Positions 1 to 10,436 of a DNA stretch of 64,000 nt are shown here, piece after piece (within the stretch, counting starts at the first letter, position 1; every line of letters begins with the position of its first letter). Position numbers and translations under genes: made by a program. The DNA comes from Alphaproteobacteria bacterium (lineage in GTDB: Bacteria; Pseudomonadota; Alphaproteobacteria; UBA828). Where the stretch lies: positions 384,001 through 448,000 of the forward strand of contig CAXXMU010000006.1 of NCBI GenBank assembly GCA_963667785.2. Reading direction: 5' to 3'. The notes under the pieces were generated by a model. The model searched no databases and had not been told where the DNA came from. It saw only the letters and a program-made list of their open reading frames with translations.

Positions 1-159
1 TCGGCGGCGGCTCGGTCGGGGATCGTTTGCGCGTCATCGGTCGGCGACTCCGGCACCGTCCTCCCTAGTATCGCAGAGCGGCGCCGGGAATAGGAGCCGC
101 CTGCCGTGCGCAGCGCGGAGTTCTGGAACCCCGTGCGCCGGCATGGCACCCTGCACCCC

Positions 160-1053
160 ATGGGCAGCAGGCGGCAATTCATCGTCAAGCCGGAGCCGGA
201 CGATACGCGCCTCACGCGGCTTCTGGCGGGCGTCGACCAGGAGGGCGCGGCGGTCGAGGCGCGCGTCGTCGAGGAGCGGCCGCTGACTCTCTTCCTCAAT
301 GCCCAGGAGATCGTCACGGTGATGACGATCCGCGACTACCCCGACTACCTGGCGCTCGGCTATCTGCTCAACCAGAACATGCTGCGCCACGACGACGAGG
401 TGACCGGCGTCGAGTACGACGAGGACATCGAAACGGTCGTCGTCCGCACCAGGCGGGCGACCGACTACGAGGAGACGCTGCGCAAGAAGACGCTGACCTC
501 CGGCTGTGCCCAGGGCACCGTGTTCGGCGACCTGATGGAACGCTTCGAGGCGACGGTGCTGGACCCGGACGCTCGCCTCAGGACCTCGTGGCTCTATGCG
601 CTGAGCCGGGCGATCAACATGCAGCCGAGCCTCTATCTCGCGGCCGGCGCCATCCACGGCTGCGTGCTGTGCGAGGAGGGGCGGCCGCTCATCTACATGG
701 AGGACGTCGGGCGCCACAACGCGATCGACAAGATCGCGGGCTACATGTTCCGCCATCGCATCGAGACCTCCGGCAAGATCATGTACACCACGGGCCGGCT
801 CACCAGCGAAATGGTGATCAAGACGGTGACGATGGGCATTCCGATCCTGATCTCGCGCTCCGGCTTCACTGCCTGGGGGGTCGAGCTTGCGCGCCAGGCC
901 GGGCTGACGTTGATCGGGCGCGCGCGCGGCAAGCGCTTCATCGCGCTCGCCGGCGCCGACCGCCTCGTCTACGACGCCGATGCGTCCGCCGTCGCCGAGG
1001 AGGCGAAGCACCACCGTCGCAAGGGGAGCGTCGCGGCCGAGGACGCCGCCTGA
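160..1053 (+). CDS. fdhD: Formate dehydrogenase accessory sulfurtransferase FdhD
   Basis: Motifs EERPLTLFLN, EDVGRHNAIDK, TGRLTSEMV. Start taken at ATG 160 (ORF is open from 106). Confidence 0.9.
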   Translation: MGSRRQFIVKPEPDDTRLTRLLAGVDQEGAAVEARVVEERPLTLFLNAQEIVTVMTIRDYPDYLALGYLLNQNMLRHDDEVTGVEYDEDIETVVVRTRRATDYEETLRKKTLTSGCAQGTVFGDLMERFEATVLDPDARLRTSWLYALSRAINMQPSLYLAAGAIHGCVLCEEGRPLIYMEDVGRHNAIDKIAGYMFRHRIETSGKIMYTTGRLTSEMVIKTVTMGIPILISRSGFTAWGVELARQAGLTLIGRARGKRFIALAGADRLVYDADASAVAEEAKHHRRKGSVAAEDAA

Positions 1054-1121
1054 GCGCGCGGGCGGCGGATCGTCGAGACCGGCCACCCCCCTCTCGCCCA
1101 ACCCGATACCGGAGAAACGCC

Positions 1122-1589
1122 ATGATCGAGATCAACGGCATGGCGCATGTCGTGCTCACTGTGAGCCGATTCGACGAGGCGCGGGCGTTCTACTGCGAGC
1201 TGCTGCCCTTCCTCGGCATGCACAAGGTCTTCGACGGCAACGACTTCATCTATCACGTGGGCGGGCGCACCGCGCTCGGCATCCAGCGCGCGGCGCCGGC
1301 CCACGCGGGCGAGCGCTTCGTGCAGGGCCGGGTCGGGCTGCACCATCTCTGCCTGCGTGCGCGCTCGCGCGAGGACGTGGACAGGGCGGCGGCGAAGCTG
1401 CGCGAGATGGGGGCCGCGATCGACCGCGGGCCGATGGAGCGGGAGTGGGCGCCCGGCTACTACTTCGTCGTCTTCGAGGACCCGGACGGCATTCGCCTCG
1501 AGATCAACCACATCCCCGGCAAGGGCCTGCTCGCCGGCGACACCCCGGCCGCTCCGAGCGACGATCCGGACTGGGGCGCCAATCCCTAG
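1122..1589 (+). CDS. VOC/glyoxalase family protein
   Basis: MAHVVLTV...GLHHLCLRA...FEDPDGIRLE; GGAG RBS before ATG 1122. Confidence 0.85.
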   Translation: MIEINGMAHVVLTVSRFDEARAFYCELLPFLGMHKVFDGNDFIYHVGGRTALGIQRAAPAHAGERFVQGRVGLHHLCLRARSREDVDRAAAKLREMGAAIDRGPMEREWAPGYYFVVFEDPDGIRLEINHIPGKGLLAGDTPAAPSDDPDWGANP

Positions 1590-1620
1590 AGCGTATCAGT
1601 CTGTGACGGATACGCTCCAG
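1586..1620. repeat. Palindromic hairpin between convergent genes (terminator or REP-like element)
   Basis: CTAGAGCGTATC-AGTCTGTGACG-GATACGCTCCAG, with arms GAGCGTATC/GATACGCTC. Confidence 0.6.
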
Positions 1621-1634
1621 GAATCCGGATGCCG

Positions 1635-2654
1635 TCAGTCGGGGATTTCGTCGTGCCTGATGACGATCTTGCCGAAGTGCGCGCCCGAGGCGAGGTGGCG
1701 GTAGGCGGCCGGCGCCTCGGCAAAGGAGAAACGCCGGTCGATCACCGGCTTGAGCCCGTTGCGGGCAATGGCCTTCGTCATCTCCTCGAGGGAGCGCCGG
1801 CTGCCCACCAGCACGCCCTTGAGGTGGATGTGCTTCCAGATCAGCGCGAGCGGGTCGCTCTCGATCCCCACCCCGCCAAGCATGCCGATCAGCGCGATGC
1901 GCGCGTTGAAGGCGGCGGCCTCGATGCTTTGCGGGAGCGTGGCGGCACCGCCGGTCTCGATGACGAGGTCGGCACCGCCGGTCAGCGCGGCGACGGTCCT
2001 GCCCCAGGCCGGATCGCGCGCGTAGTTGACGCCGTGGACGGCGCCGAGCGCGCCTGCGCGGGCGAGCTTCTCATCGCTCGACGATGTGATGACCGCGTCC
2101 GCCCCCATCATCCGCGCGATCTGCAGGCCGAAGATGGAGACTCCGCCGGTGCCGAGCAGCAGCACCGTGTCGCCCGCCTTCATCCGCCCGAACTCGACCA
2201 GCGAGACCCAGGCCGTGAGCGCGGCGCACGGCAGGCAGGCGGCCTCCTCATCGCTCAGCGCGTCGGGGATGCGCACGAGCGACGAGGCCGGAAACGTCGC
2301 GAGCTCGGCGAGGGTCCCGTCGCAGCCGCCGCCGAGGTCGGTGCCGAAGTGCGCAGGCAGGAGCGGGCCGTCGAGCCAGCCGGTGAAGAGACTCACCATG
2401 ACCCGGTCGCCGGGCTCGACCGCCGTAACGCCCGCGCCCACCGCCACCACCTCGCCGGCACCGTCGCTCAGCGGGATGCGATCCTCCGGCTTCGGCGCGC
2501 TGTCGATCAGGTTGAGGATCATATGGTCGCGATAGTTGAGAGCGCTGGCCCGGAGTCTGACCAGCGCCTCGCCCGCCGCCGGTTCGGGCTCGGGTCTCTC
2601 GACCAGCCGCAGGCTGTCGACACTGCCTTGCGGGCCGAGCTCCCAGGCTTTCAC
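1635..2654 (-). CDS. MDR-family NAD(P)-dependent alcohol dehydrogenase / quinone oxidoreductase-like protein
   Basis: ASALNYRD, PLSDGAGEV, GTGGVSIF, GAHFGKIVI; GTG start with GGAG RBS. Confidence 0.85.
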   Translation of the reverse strand: MKAWELGPQGSVDSLRLVERPEPEPAAGEALVRLRASALNYRDHMILNLIDSAPKPEDRIPLSDGAGEVVAVGAGVTAVEPGDRVMVSLFTGWLDGPLLPAHFGTDLGGGCDGTLAELATFPASSLVRIPDALSDEEAACLPCAALTAWVSLVEFGRMKAGDTVLLLGTGGVSIFGLQIARMMGADAVITSSSDEKLARAGALGAVHGVNYARDPAWGRTVAALTGGADLVIETGGAATLPQSIEAAAFNARIALIGMLGGVGIESDPLALIWKHIHLKGVLVGSRRSLEEMTKAIARNGLKPVIDRRFSFAEAPAAYRHLASGAHFGKIVIRHDEIPD

Positions 2655-2773
2655 CGCTCCCAACCCATTCGTGCTCTTTCGCCGAGCGCTAACGTCTGCC
2701 GATGCTGATATAGCTAGGGAATACTCTGATGTATTGCTTCGATTGACTTCGCTGCGCCGCCCTCAACAATTCG

Positions 2774-4201
2774 TCATTCCTTAACGTACCAAGTGGTATC
2801 CGCAGAAGGATCAAGAATTGCTCTATGACCGACCATATAGCAATAGAGGCTAGTTGGAGTAAGATCCAAGCGCGCGCTTCCTGCCCAAGGCACATTGCTC
2901 CGCATTACCGTACGTGTGGTAATTAGCGGCGCCATATCGCTGTGGCGGCTTGCGAGGGCGACGAGGCTCTTTAGCTCCTCTGGGCGTTCAGCATGTCTGT
3001 CTGACCACTTGATATCTACACACCAGTCTGGTTTTTGTCTGCTATCCAAATGAACTATATCTACCTCTCCTTTCGCCCACCGCGCATAGTGCAAATCCAG
3101 CTTAGAGTGAAACCACTGTGCAAATACTGCCGTCTCTGCAATTGCTCCCATCTCTGCGTCATTCTCGCTCACTGGACCAAATAGGGCACTCCGTAACGCT
3201 GGAGTGGCCACATACACCTTGAAGCGGTTCGCCCGCTTGAAGCGATGCGCGTTGTGATCAATGCGATGAACAACTCTGATAAGAAACGCCGCTTCAAGAT
3301 ATTTCAGATATCGTTTCAGAGTGGGTTTCGACACACCCGATTGGCCAGATAGGGCTTCAAGTGACACCTCTCCAGCTGTATTGTAGGCCAATGTCATGAA
3401 CAACGCATTGAGCTCTTGCACATCTTGTATGCCGTACAAACTTGGAAGATCGCGCAGCAGCACCTTCTCGACCAAGTCACTACCAATGTAGCGGCCCATG
3501 TCCGATTGAATGGCTGGAGACGATATGGCTTCAGGATAACCACCAAAGTTGACATAGTTCACGAAATGCTGGTTCAGCAATTGGATATCAAAGACACTCC
3601 AGCCATCGTCCGGATTATATTGAACAACATCAAGTATATTCTGCAAGTTAAGGTACTCATAGAATGTCAGTGGCGGTAGCAGGAAATCTGTGAAGCGCCC
3701 CGCTCCTGACTCTATACTTCTAAGACGAAGCGCGGCCGCCGCAGAACCAGACACCACACATTTGATGTCGGGATATGAATCGACAAATACCTTAAGATGT
3801 TGTTCCCAATTGACCAAGTACTGAATTTCATCGAGAACAAGTATTTTGGGCGGAAGAAGACTGCCGCTCGACCTGCGTATTTCCTCCATAGCTTCTTCGA
3901 TCGAAAGCCGCGTATAGAGAGGTTGATCGAGCGACACGTATCCGATATCCCGCGGAGCGTAATCTCCGTGCTCAAGTAAGTGCGCGATCACATGGTGCAA
4001 GAGAACAGTCTTGCCTACGCGACGCGGTCCCATCAGCACCACAGCGCGGCGCACGTCTGTCTGCTCTACTAGACGCAGAAATCGTTGGAAATACGCGCGC
4101 GGCCTCAAGTCAGCATAATCTTGGCGAATGCCCCCCCCCTCCCACCAGGGATTCTCCGCGAGCATGCGACGCCGCCGTTGGTCCGAAGAGATCTCACGCA
4201 T
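2774..4201 (-). CDS. AAA+ ATPase (AAA_14-like) with DUF4143-like and C-terminal PD-(D/E)xK-like region; low GC
   Basis: Walker A GPRRVGKT, Walker B VLDEIQ, SGS and GGYPE motifs, C-terminal EVDIV...DIKW; visibly more AT-rich than the flanks. Confidence 0.85.
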   Translation of the reverse strand: MREISSDQRRRRMLAENPWWEGGGIRQDYADLRPRAYFQRFLRLVEQTDVRRAVVLMGPRRVGKTVLLHHVIAHLLEHGDYAPRDIGYVSLDQPLYTRLSIEEAMEEIRRSSGSLLPPKILVLDEIQYLVNWEQHLKVFVDSYPDIKCVVSGSAAAALRLRSIESGAGRFTDFLLPPLTFYEYLNLQNILDVVQYNPDDGWSVFDIQLLNQHFVNYVNFGGYPEAISSPAIQSDMGRYIGSDLVEKVLLRDLPSLYGIQDVQELNALFMTLAYNTAGEVSLEALSGQSGVSKPTLKRYLKYLEAAFLIRVVHRIDHNAHRFKRANRFKVYVATPALRSALFGPVSENDAEMGAIAETAVFAQWFHSKLDLHYARWAKGEVDIVHLDSRQKPDWCVDIKWSDRHAERPEELKSLVALASRHSDMAPLITTRTVMRSNVPWAGSARLDLTPTSLYCYMVGHRAILDPSADTTWYVKE

Positions 4202-4432
4202 GTCGCAAATGTAGTCACACTGATACGAGCCGTCAAGATAGAGAAAGTTAACTTCTCTTAATTAGGAATATGCGGTTTTGTTCATATATTGCAATAAGTT
4301 AGTTGAATGGCATACGCGCTCCCTGGCATGGCTGCCTGTGAGCGCGGTGGTGACGGTCGGGGCCCCGGAGGTCTCCCTCGCCGCTCTCGTCTGCAATCGA
4401 TCATGGGATGCCGCCTTGCGGACGGGGCGGCG

Positions 4433-5347
4433 TCAGGCGATGGCGGCAACCGGCTCGAGGTCCGGCTCCCCGTACGTCGCTTCCTGCTCGTCCCCGGTGA
4501 GCCGCCAGGCATCGGGATCCTCCAGCAGGGCCGTGAGGAGTGAATGGTTGAGGCCATGCCCCGAGCGGCGGCAGCTCACGTAGCCCACGAGCGGAGCGCC
4601 GGCGAGGTAGAGATCGCCGATGCAGTCGAGCGCCTTGTGCCGCGCGCATTCGTCCGGATAGCGCAGCCCTTCCTCGTTGATGGGCCCGTCGTCGCCAATG
4701 ACCACGGTGTTCTCCAGAGAGCCGCCCCGGCCCATGCCGGCAGCCAGGATGCCCGCGACATCCGCTTCCCGGCAGAAGGTGCGCGCCCGCGCGATCTCCG
4801 TCCTGAAGCTCGTGAGCAACGGATCGAAGAAGACCGACTGGTGGCCGAGCGCGGGATGATCGAAGTCGATATCGCAGCGAAGGGAGAATGTCTCCGCAGG
4901 CGCAACGCTGATCCATCGCTCCTCATCGCCGAGCCTGACCGTCTTGAGCACTTCGATCGCGCGCCGGGGGGCGCACTGCTCGACGATTCCGGCGCATTCG
5001 ATGAGGAAGACGAACGGCGCGGCGCTCCCGTCCATCACGGGAACCTCCTCGCCGTCCAGCGCGACCACCGCATTGTCGACACCGCAGCCGGCGAAGGCCG
5101 CCATGAGATGCTCGATCGTCCGTACCGAGACGCTGCCGTTGCCGATGGTCGTGCACAGCCTCGTCTCGACGACGTTCTCGTGGACCGCCTTGATCGTCCG
5201 GGCCGACCCGGCTGGCCTGTCGACGCGGCAGAACACGATGCCCGTGCCCGGTGCCGCCGGGCGCAGTTCCATGTGGACCCTGCGGTTGCTGTGTACGCCG
5301 ATGCCGGTACAGTGAATGGACGATTTGAGGGTGTGCTGCGGAGTCAT
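4433..5347 (-). CDS. lpxC: UDP-3-O-acyl-GlcNAc deacetylase
   Basis: GIGVHS, TIEHLMAA, EVPVMDGSA, ARARTF, HKALD; follows ftsZ. Confidence 0.96.
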   Translation of the reverse strand: MTPQHTLKSSIHCTGIGVHSNRRVHMELRPAAPGTGIVFCRVDRPAGSARTIKAVHENVVETRLCTTIGNGSVSVRTIEHLMAAFAGCGVDNAVVALDGEEVPVMDGSAAPFVFLIECAGIVEQCAPRRAIEVLKTVRLGDEERWISVAPAETFSLRCDIDFDHPALGHQSVFFDPLLTSFRTEIARARTFCREADVAGILAAGMGRGGSLENTVVIGDDGPINEEGLRYPDECARHKALDCIGDLYLAGAPLVGYVSCRRSGHGLNHSLLTALLEDPDAWRLTGDEQEATYGEPDLEPVAAIA

Positions 5348-5527
5348 CGATTTACGGACGCGCGCCCTCCCTGGCCATTTTTGCCGGCTGCCGTCCCTTC
5401 GCTCTGGCTGTCGTGCCGCGGCCGGCGGCGCGTTCGCCGGTCCGGCCCGACTCAGTCGCGAAGGGATTCTGGCGACCGAGGTTGCAGGCGACACTGACAA
5501 ACGCGCCGCGGACGCGCAAATCACGCT

Positions 5528-5544
5528 TTGTTACAAGTTGTTAC
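5528..5544 (-). promoter_or_regulatory. Direct repeat GTAAC-N5-GTAAC upstream of lpxC (candidate regulator site)
   Basis: TTGTTAC aag TTGTTAC on the plus strand, 10-bp period, in the ftsZ-lpxC spacer. Confidence 0.4.
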
Positions 5545-5559
5545 GGTCCTCCGTCGGGG

Positions 5560-7386
5560 TCAATTGGCCTGCCGGCGGAGAAACGCCGGAATATCAAGCG
5601 GATCCTCCGTGCCGCCGGGGGCCCTGCTGGACTGCGCGTACCCCTCCGGGAACAGCTTGGGCGAGGGCGCCGCGGCCTTGCCCGCATCGCTTGCCGGTGC
5701 AGGCGTGGTTGCGTCCAGGCTCGGCGAGTCCGGGCGCGGCCGGGCATCGAGACCGCCGCTGCGCGAAGCGCTGGGCGCCGCCACGGTCGGTCCGGTCTCG
5801 CGCTGCGTCGAGGCAGGGGCCTCGCCGTCGGGTCCGTTCCGCCGTGCCCGTCCGGTGCCGATCATGCGCTCGAACAGGGTGGGTCGGCCGGATCCTGGCG
5901 TGTCAGCGCCGCCCTCCACGCGGGTCGACGGTGCCGGCCGGTCGGTCTTGGTGCCGCGCATTCTCTCGGGCGGGCCGGCATCGGCGAGGCTGCGCCGCGC
6001 CACGGGCCGGTCGGTCTTCGCCGGTGGCGTGGTCGCAACCTTGACCCGGGCGGCGACACCGCCGCCTGCGCTCGCGGCTACCGCCTTGTGCTCCTGCCTG
6101 GCCCGAGGCTCGGTGGCGAGCGCCCCTTGAGACCGCGGCGAGGCGTCCGTGCGCGGCGCGGTGGACACCATCGGCGCGGGGCCGGCCGCACCGCCTGCGG
6201 CGACCGCCCGCTCGGCGACCGCATCCACTTCGGGGATGGCCATGTCGGGCGCGGTCGATCCGGTAGCGGTCGGGGAAGGCGCCGCCGCCGTGTCGTCCGC
6301 CACGGTCTCGCCGTCTGCCGATGCCATCGCACCGCCGCCGCTGGCGCCCGTGCCCTTGCGATCGTGCAATCCCAGAACATGGATGTTGTCCGAGGAATCG
6401 GGGACCGGCGCGCGGACCTCGTCCGCGTCGATGCCGGTGGCGATCACGGCGACGCGCATGTGGCCGTCCATCTTCTCGTCGAGGCTGGTGCCGAAGATGA
6501 TGGTGGCCTCTTCGTCCACCTGCTTGCAGATGCGCGATGCGGCCGTGTCCACCTCGTGCAGCGTGATGTCGGTGCCGCCGGTGATGTTGATCAGGATCCC
6601 GCGCGCGCCCTCGATCGACGCATTGTCGAGGAGCGGGTTGTTGATCGCCGCCTCGGCCGCCTCGGTGGCGCGGTTCTCGCCCTCGGCCTCGCCGGTGCCC
6701 ATCATCGCCTTGCCCATCGTGCCCATCACGGTGCGGATGTCGGCGAAATCGAGGTTGATCAGACCGGGATTGACCATCAGATCGGTCACCCCGCGCACGC
6801 CCGCGTGCAGCACGTTGTCGGCCATGCCGAAGGCATCGGCGAAGGTAGTCTGCTCGCTGGCGACGCGGAACAGGTTCTGGTTCGGGATGACGATCAGCGT
6901 ATCCACGTACTGGTGCAGCTCCTGGATACCGTGCTCCGCGACCCGCATGCGCTGCGAGCCCTCGAAGTCGAACGGCTTGGTGACGACGCCCACCGTGAGG
7001 ATGCCGTGCTCGCGCGCGGCTCGGGCGATCACCGGCGCCGCGCCGGTGCCGGTGCCGCCGCCCATGCCGGCGGTGATGAACACCATGTTGTTGCCCTCGA
7101 GATAGCCCTGGATGTCGTCGAGGGCTTCCTCTGCGGCCACCTTGCCGATGTCGGCGCGGGCACCGGCGCCGAGCCCCTGGGTGATGTTGACGCCGAGGCG
7201 CACCCGGTGGTCGCAGAGCGACTGATAGAGGGACTGCGCGTCGGTGTTGGCGACGACGAACTCGACGCCCTCCAGGTCTCCCGCGATCATGTTGTTGACG
7301 GCATTGCTACCGGCACCGCCAATTCCGAAGACCGTGATACGCGGTCTGTTTTCCGGTTGCCGTTCCGGTACGAAATCGATGGTCAT
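5560..7386 (-). CDS. ftsZ: Cell division protein FtsZ with long C-terminal linker
   Basis: GGGTGTG, NLDFAD, C-terminal [12 protein letters not shown]; AAGGAGG RBS. Confidence 0.98.
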   Translation of the reverse strand: MTIDFVPERQPENRPRITVFGIGGAGSNAVNNMIAGDLEGVEFVVANTDAQSLYQSLCDHRVRLGVNITQGLGAGARADIGKVAAEEALDDIQGYLEGNNMVFITAGMGGGTGTGAAPVIARAAREHGILTVGVVTKPFDFEGSQRMRVAEHGIQELHQYVDTLIVIPNQNLFRVASEQTTFADAFGMADNVLHAGVRGVTDLMVNPGLINLDFADIRTVMGTMGKAMMGTGEAEGENRATEAAEAAINNPLLDNASIEGARGILINITGGTDITLHEVDTAASRICKQVDEEATIIFGTSLDEKMDGHMRVAVIATGIDADEVRAPVPDSSDNIHVLGLHDRKGTGASGGGAMASADGETVADDTAAAPSPTATGSTAPDMAIPEVDAVAERAVAAGGAAGPAPMVSTAPRTDASPRSQGALATEPRARQEHKAVAASAGGGVAARVKVATTPPAKTDRPVARRSLADAGPPERMRGTKTDRPAPSTRVEGGADTPGSGRPTLFERMIGTGRARRNGPDGEAPASTQRETGPTVAAPSASRSGGLDARPRPDSPSLDATTPAPASDAGKAAAPSPKLFPEGYAQSSRAPGGTEDPLDIPAFLRRQAN

Positions 7387-7397
7387 AACATCCTCCT

Positions 7398-8660
7398 TTA
7401 CGGTGTTCGTTGAACTGTGTGTTCCCAGAAGTTGCCCTTCAGCCATTGGCCGAAGCGCGTGAGCGTGTTGGCGAGAGGCCCCGCGGCATTGCCGCGCGCG
7501 GGTCCGGCCCAGGGCTCCGCGTGCCTGCGCGCGGCATAGAGGAGCAGCCCGGCGCAGGTCGCGAATTCGGGGCCCGAGACGGCCTGGGCCAGTCCGGGCA
7601 GTGAAAGCGGGCGGGCCAGGCGAACCTGCTTGTCAAGGATGCGGCCGGCGAGCTCGCCGAGACCGTAGGTCTGGCTCGCTCCGCCGCTGATCACGACCCG
7701 GTTCCCCGACCACTTGTCGAGACCGCTCGCCTCGATCCGTGCGCGGGCGAGCTCCAGGATCTCCTCGAGGCGGGCGCCGACGATGTGCGAGAGCATCGCG
7801 CGCGGCACATGGCGGCCCGAGCCGGAGCAGCCCTCGGCAGAGCCGATCTCCGGCACCTCGACGTTCTCGCCGCCGTCGATCGACTCCGCGGCTGCGCTGC
7901 CGTGGAGCCGCTTGATGCGCTCGGCGCTCGCGACCGATGTCGAGAGCCCCTGCGCGATATCGTTGGTGACGTGATCGCCCCCGATGGGGAGCGTCTCCGT
8001 CCACGCCAGATTGCCGCGGCCGAAGATCGCGAGCTTGGTCGTGCCGCCGCCGATGTCGATGCAGGTCGTGCCGAGATCAATCTCGTCGGAAATCAGGCAC
8101 GACAGGCCCGAGGCGTAGGCCGCCGCCACCGGCGCCGCGACCTGGAGGTCGCAACGGGAGACGCAAGCGAGCAGGTTGCGCAGGCTGCCGTGCGCGACGC
8201 TCACCAGATGCAGCCGCACCCGGAGGCTGTTCGCGAACATGCCGCGCGGGTCCTTGATCCCGGGCGAGCCGTCGACGGCATAGTCGATCGGCACCGCGTG
8301 GACGATGTCGCGGTCGCGGCTCTCGTCCGACGCCTGCAGCCGGTCGAACGCGCGCTGGATGTCGCCCTCCTCGATCTCGCGGCCGCCTATGTCGACCTCC
8401 GCATCGGCGAAGCTCGAGCACGGCATGCCACCGGCCGCGCCGACGAAGACGCTGCGGACGGTCTCGCCCACCATCCTCTCGGCGCGGTGGACGGCGGTGC
8501 GGATCGCCCCTTCCGCCTCTTCCATGTCGACGACCCGGCCGGCGCACATGCCGGCGGCCGCGTCCTGGCCGCTGCCGATGACCGAGAGCCTGCCGACCGC
8601 GTCGCGGCGGGCGACGAGGCAGGCCACCTTGGTCGTCCCGATGTCGAGTGCGGCGATCAC
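7398..8660 (-). CDS. ftsA: Cell division protein FtsA
   Basis: [27 protein letters not shown]; dcw position. Confidence 0.96.
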   Translation of the reverse strand: MIAALDIGTTKVACLVARRDAVGRLSVIGSGQDAAAGMCAGRVVDMEEAEGAIRTAVHRAERMVGETVRSVFVGAAGGMPCSSFADAEVDIGGREIEEGDIQRAFDRLQASDESRDRDIVHAVPIDYAVDGSPGIKDPRGMFANSLRVRLHLVSVAHGSLRNLLACVSRCDLQVAAPVAAAYASGLSCLISDEIDLGTTCIDIGGGTTKLAIFGRGNLAWTETLPIGGDHVTNDIAQGLSTSVASAERIKRLHGSAAAESIDGGENVEVPEIGSAEGCSGSGRHVPRAMLSHIVGARLEEILELARARIEASGLDKWSGNRVVISGGASQTYGLGELAGRILDKQVRLARPLSLPGLAQAVSGPEFATCAGLLLYAARRHAEPWAGPARGNAAGPLANTLTRFGQWLKGNFWEHTVQRTP

Positions 8661-8682
8661 GGCGTGCAGGCTCCCGCTCTCG

Positions 8683-9528
8683 TCACGTCCGGTCTTCGGC
8701 CGGAGGCTCGGGCGGCCGGGCGCGGAAGATCGTCCGGTCGGGAAGGCGCAGGTCGATGACCGCGATCGGCTCCTCCAAGAGGCGGCGGTCGCCGATCTCC
8801 CTGACGAGACGCGCCCAGGCGGCGCTCACCTCGCTCTCCGGCAGCTTGGCTTCGAGGCCGTTGTCGAAATGAAGGGTCCAACGCCGGCCGGCGATCCAGA
8901 TGGCCGCCTGGACACGATCGGACAGCGCGGGCTCCGCCGCCATCGCATCGAGCAGCGTGGGCATCTCGAGGAGCGCGCCGTCGCCGACCACGATGGGCAG
9001 ATGGGCGAACCGGCTGAGCGGCTCCGTGCCGATCTCCGCGCCGGCGCGGTCGACCATGACAAGCTGCTGGTTGCGCTGCCAGAGCGCCACCGGCGTGCGC
9101 TCGACGACGCGGACCAGCAGCGTCGACGGCAGCCGGCGCTCCACGGTCGCACTCTCGACCCAGCCGATGGTCTGGATGCGCTGGCGCGCGGCGGGTAGAT
9201 CGACCGCAAAGATGGGGGTGCCCATATCGACGCCGATGGCAGCGTGGATCGCATCGGCCGACGCATGGTCGTGACCTTCGGTTTCGATCCGCTGCACCGT
9301 CATGCCGGCGCGCGCGGTCGCCGCCACGATGTCCTCGCGAATGTCGTCGCCGAGGCCGGCGAGCGTCTCGGGCTGGAAGACCCAGATCGCCGCGGCGATC
9401 ACGCCGGCACCGCCCAGCCCGTAGGCGGCGTACCTGAGGGCACGCCGCGAGCCGAGCCTCAGCAGCGCCCCGCGCGGCGCACGGCGCTCGGGCTGCTTGC
9501 GCGTACCGAAGAGGCTCAATTGCCGCAT
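8683..9528 (-). CDS. ftsQ: Cell division protein FtsQ/DivIB
   Basis: Single TM, POTRA-like WVESATVERRLP, C-terminal IDLRLPDR. Confidence 0.93.
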   Translation of the reverse strand: MRQLSLFGTRKQPERRAPRGALLRLGSRRALRYAAYGLGGAGVIAAAIWVFQPETLAGLGDDIREDIVAATARAGMTVQRIETEGHDHASADAIHAAIGVDMGTPIFAVDLPAARQRIQTIGWVESATVERRLPSTLLVRVVERTPVALWQRNQQLVMVDRAGAEIGTEPLSRFAHLPIVVGDGALLEMPTLLDAMAAEPALSDRVQAAIWIAGRRWTLHFDNGLEAKLPESEVSAAWARLVREIGDRRLLEEPIAVIDLRLPDRTIFRARPPEPPAEDRT

Positions 9529-10436
9529 GCAGCGTTCTCCACGAGCCAGACGACGAGCTCTGCGAAGCTGATGCCGACATCGGCCGCGATCTCCGGCACC
9601 AGCGAGAGCGGCGTCATCCCCGGCTGGGTGTTGATCTCGAGCAGGTAGAACCGGCCGGGCTCGCCTGCCGTGTCGTCGTAGCGGAGGTCCGCGCGGGTCA
9701 CGCCGCGGCAGCCCAGCGTCCGGTGGGCGGTGAGTGCGATCTCCAGTGCCTCGGCATAGGCCTCCGGATGGATGGGCGCGGGCATGTGGTGGTCGGCGAG
9801 GCCGTCGGTGTACTTCGCGGCGTAGTCGTAGAAGCGCCCCTTGGGCCTGATCTCGATGGCGCCAAGCGCGCGCTCGCCCATGACCGCGACCTGGATCTCG
9901 CGTCCCGGGATGTAGCGCTCGACCAGCACCCGGTCGCCGTAGGTCCAGTCGCCGTTGGGCAGCGCCGTGTTGTCGCCGCTGAAGACGAGATGGACGCCGA
10001 CGCTGGAGCCCTGGTCCAGCGGCTTGATCACGTAGGGCGGCTCTCCCGCCTCGCCGGCGGCGATGGCGGCGCGGTCCATGACCCGGCCCTCGGGGCAGGT
10101 GAGGCCGGCGTCGGCGAAGAGGCGCCGGGCGGCGGGCTTGTCCATCGCGAGCGCGGACGCGAGCACGCCCGAATGGGTGTAGGGCAGGCCCAGGATGTCG
10201 AGCAGCCCTTGCACGCTGCCGTCCTCGCCGGGGGTGCCGTGCAGGGCGTTGAACACGACGTCGGGCCGAACCTCGCTCAACACCTGCGGCAGCTCCCGGG
10301 TCAGGTCAATGCCGGTCACGCGGTAGCCGCTCTCCTCCAGCGCGTGCTCGACGGCGGCGCCGGAGACGAGCGAGACCTCGCGCTCGGCGGACCAGCCGCC
10401 CTTGAGCACGGCGACGTGTCTGGCTCGGGCGCTCAT
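9516..10436 (-). CDS. ddl: D-alanine--D-alanine ligase
   Basis: GGWSAEREVSL, NALHGTPGEDG, LEINTQPGMT. Confidence 0.96.
   Translation of the reverse strand: MSARARHVAVLKGGWSAEREVSLVSGAAVEHALEESGYRVTGIDLTRELPQVLSEVRPDVVFNALHGTPGEDGSVQGLLDILGLPYTHSGVLASALAMDKPAARRLFADAGLTCPEGRVMDRAAIAAGEAGEPPYVIKPLDQGSSVGVHLVFSGDNTALPNGDWTYGDRVLVERYIPGREIQVAVMGERALGAIEIRPKGRFYDYAAKYTDGLADHHMPAPIHPEAYAEALEIALTAHRTLGCRGVTRADLRYDDTAGEPGRFYLLEINTQPGMTPLSLVPEIAADVGISFAELVVWLVENAACGN

Noticed and set aside
4248-4261. TTAA-N6-TTAA as a CtrA box
   Set aside because: The spacer is 6 nt rather than 7, and it lies in AT-rich foreign DNA where TTAA is common.
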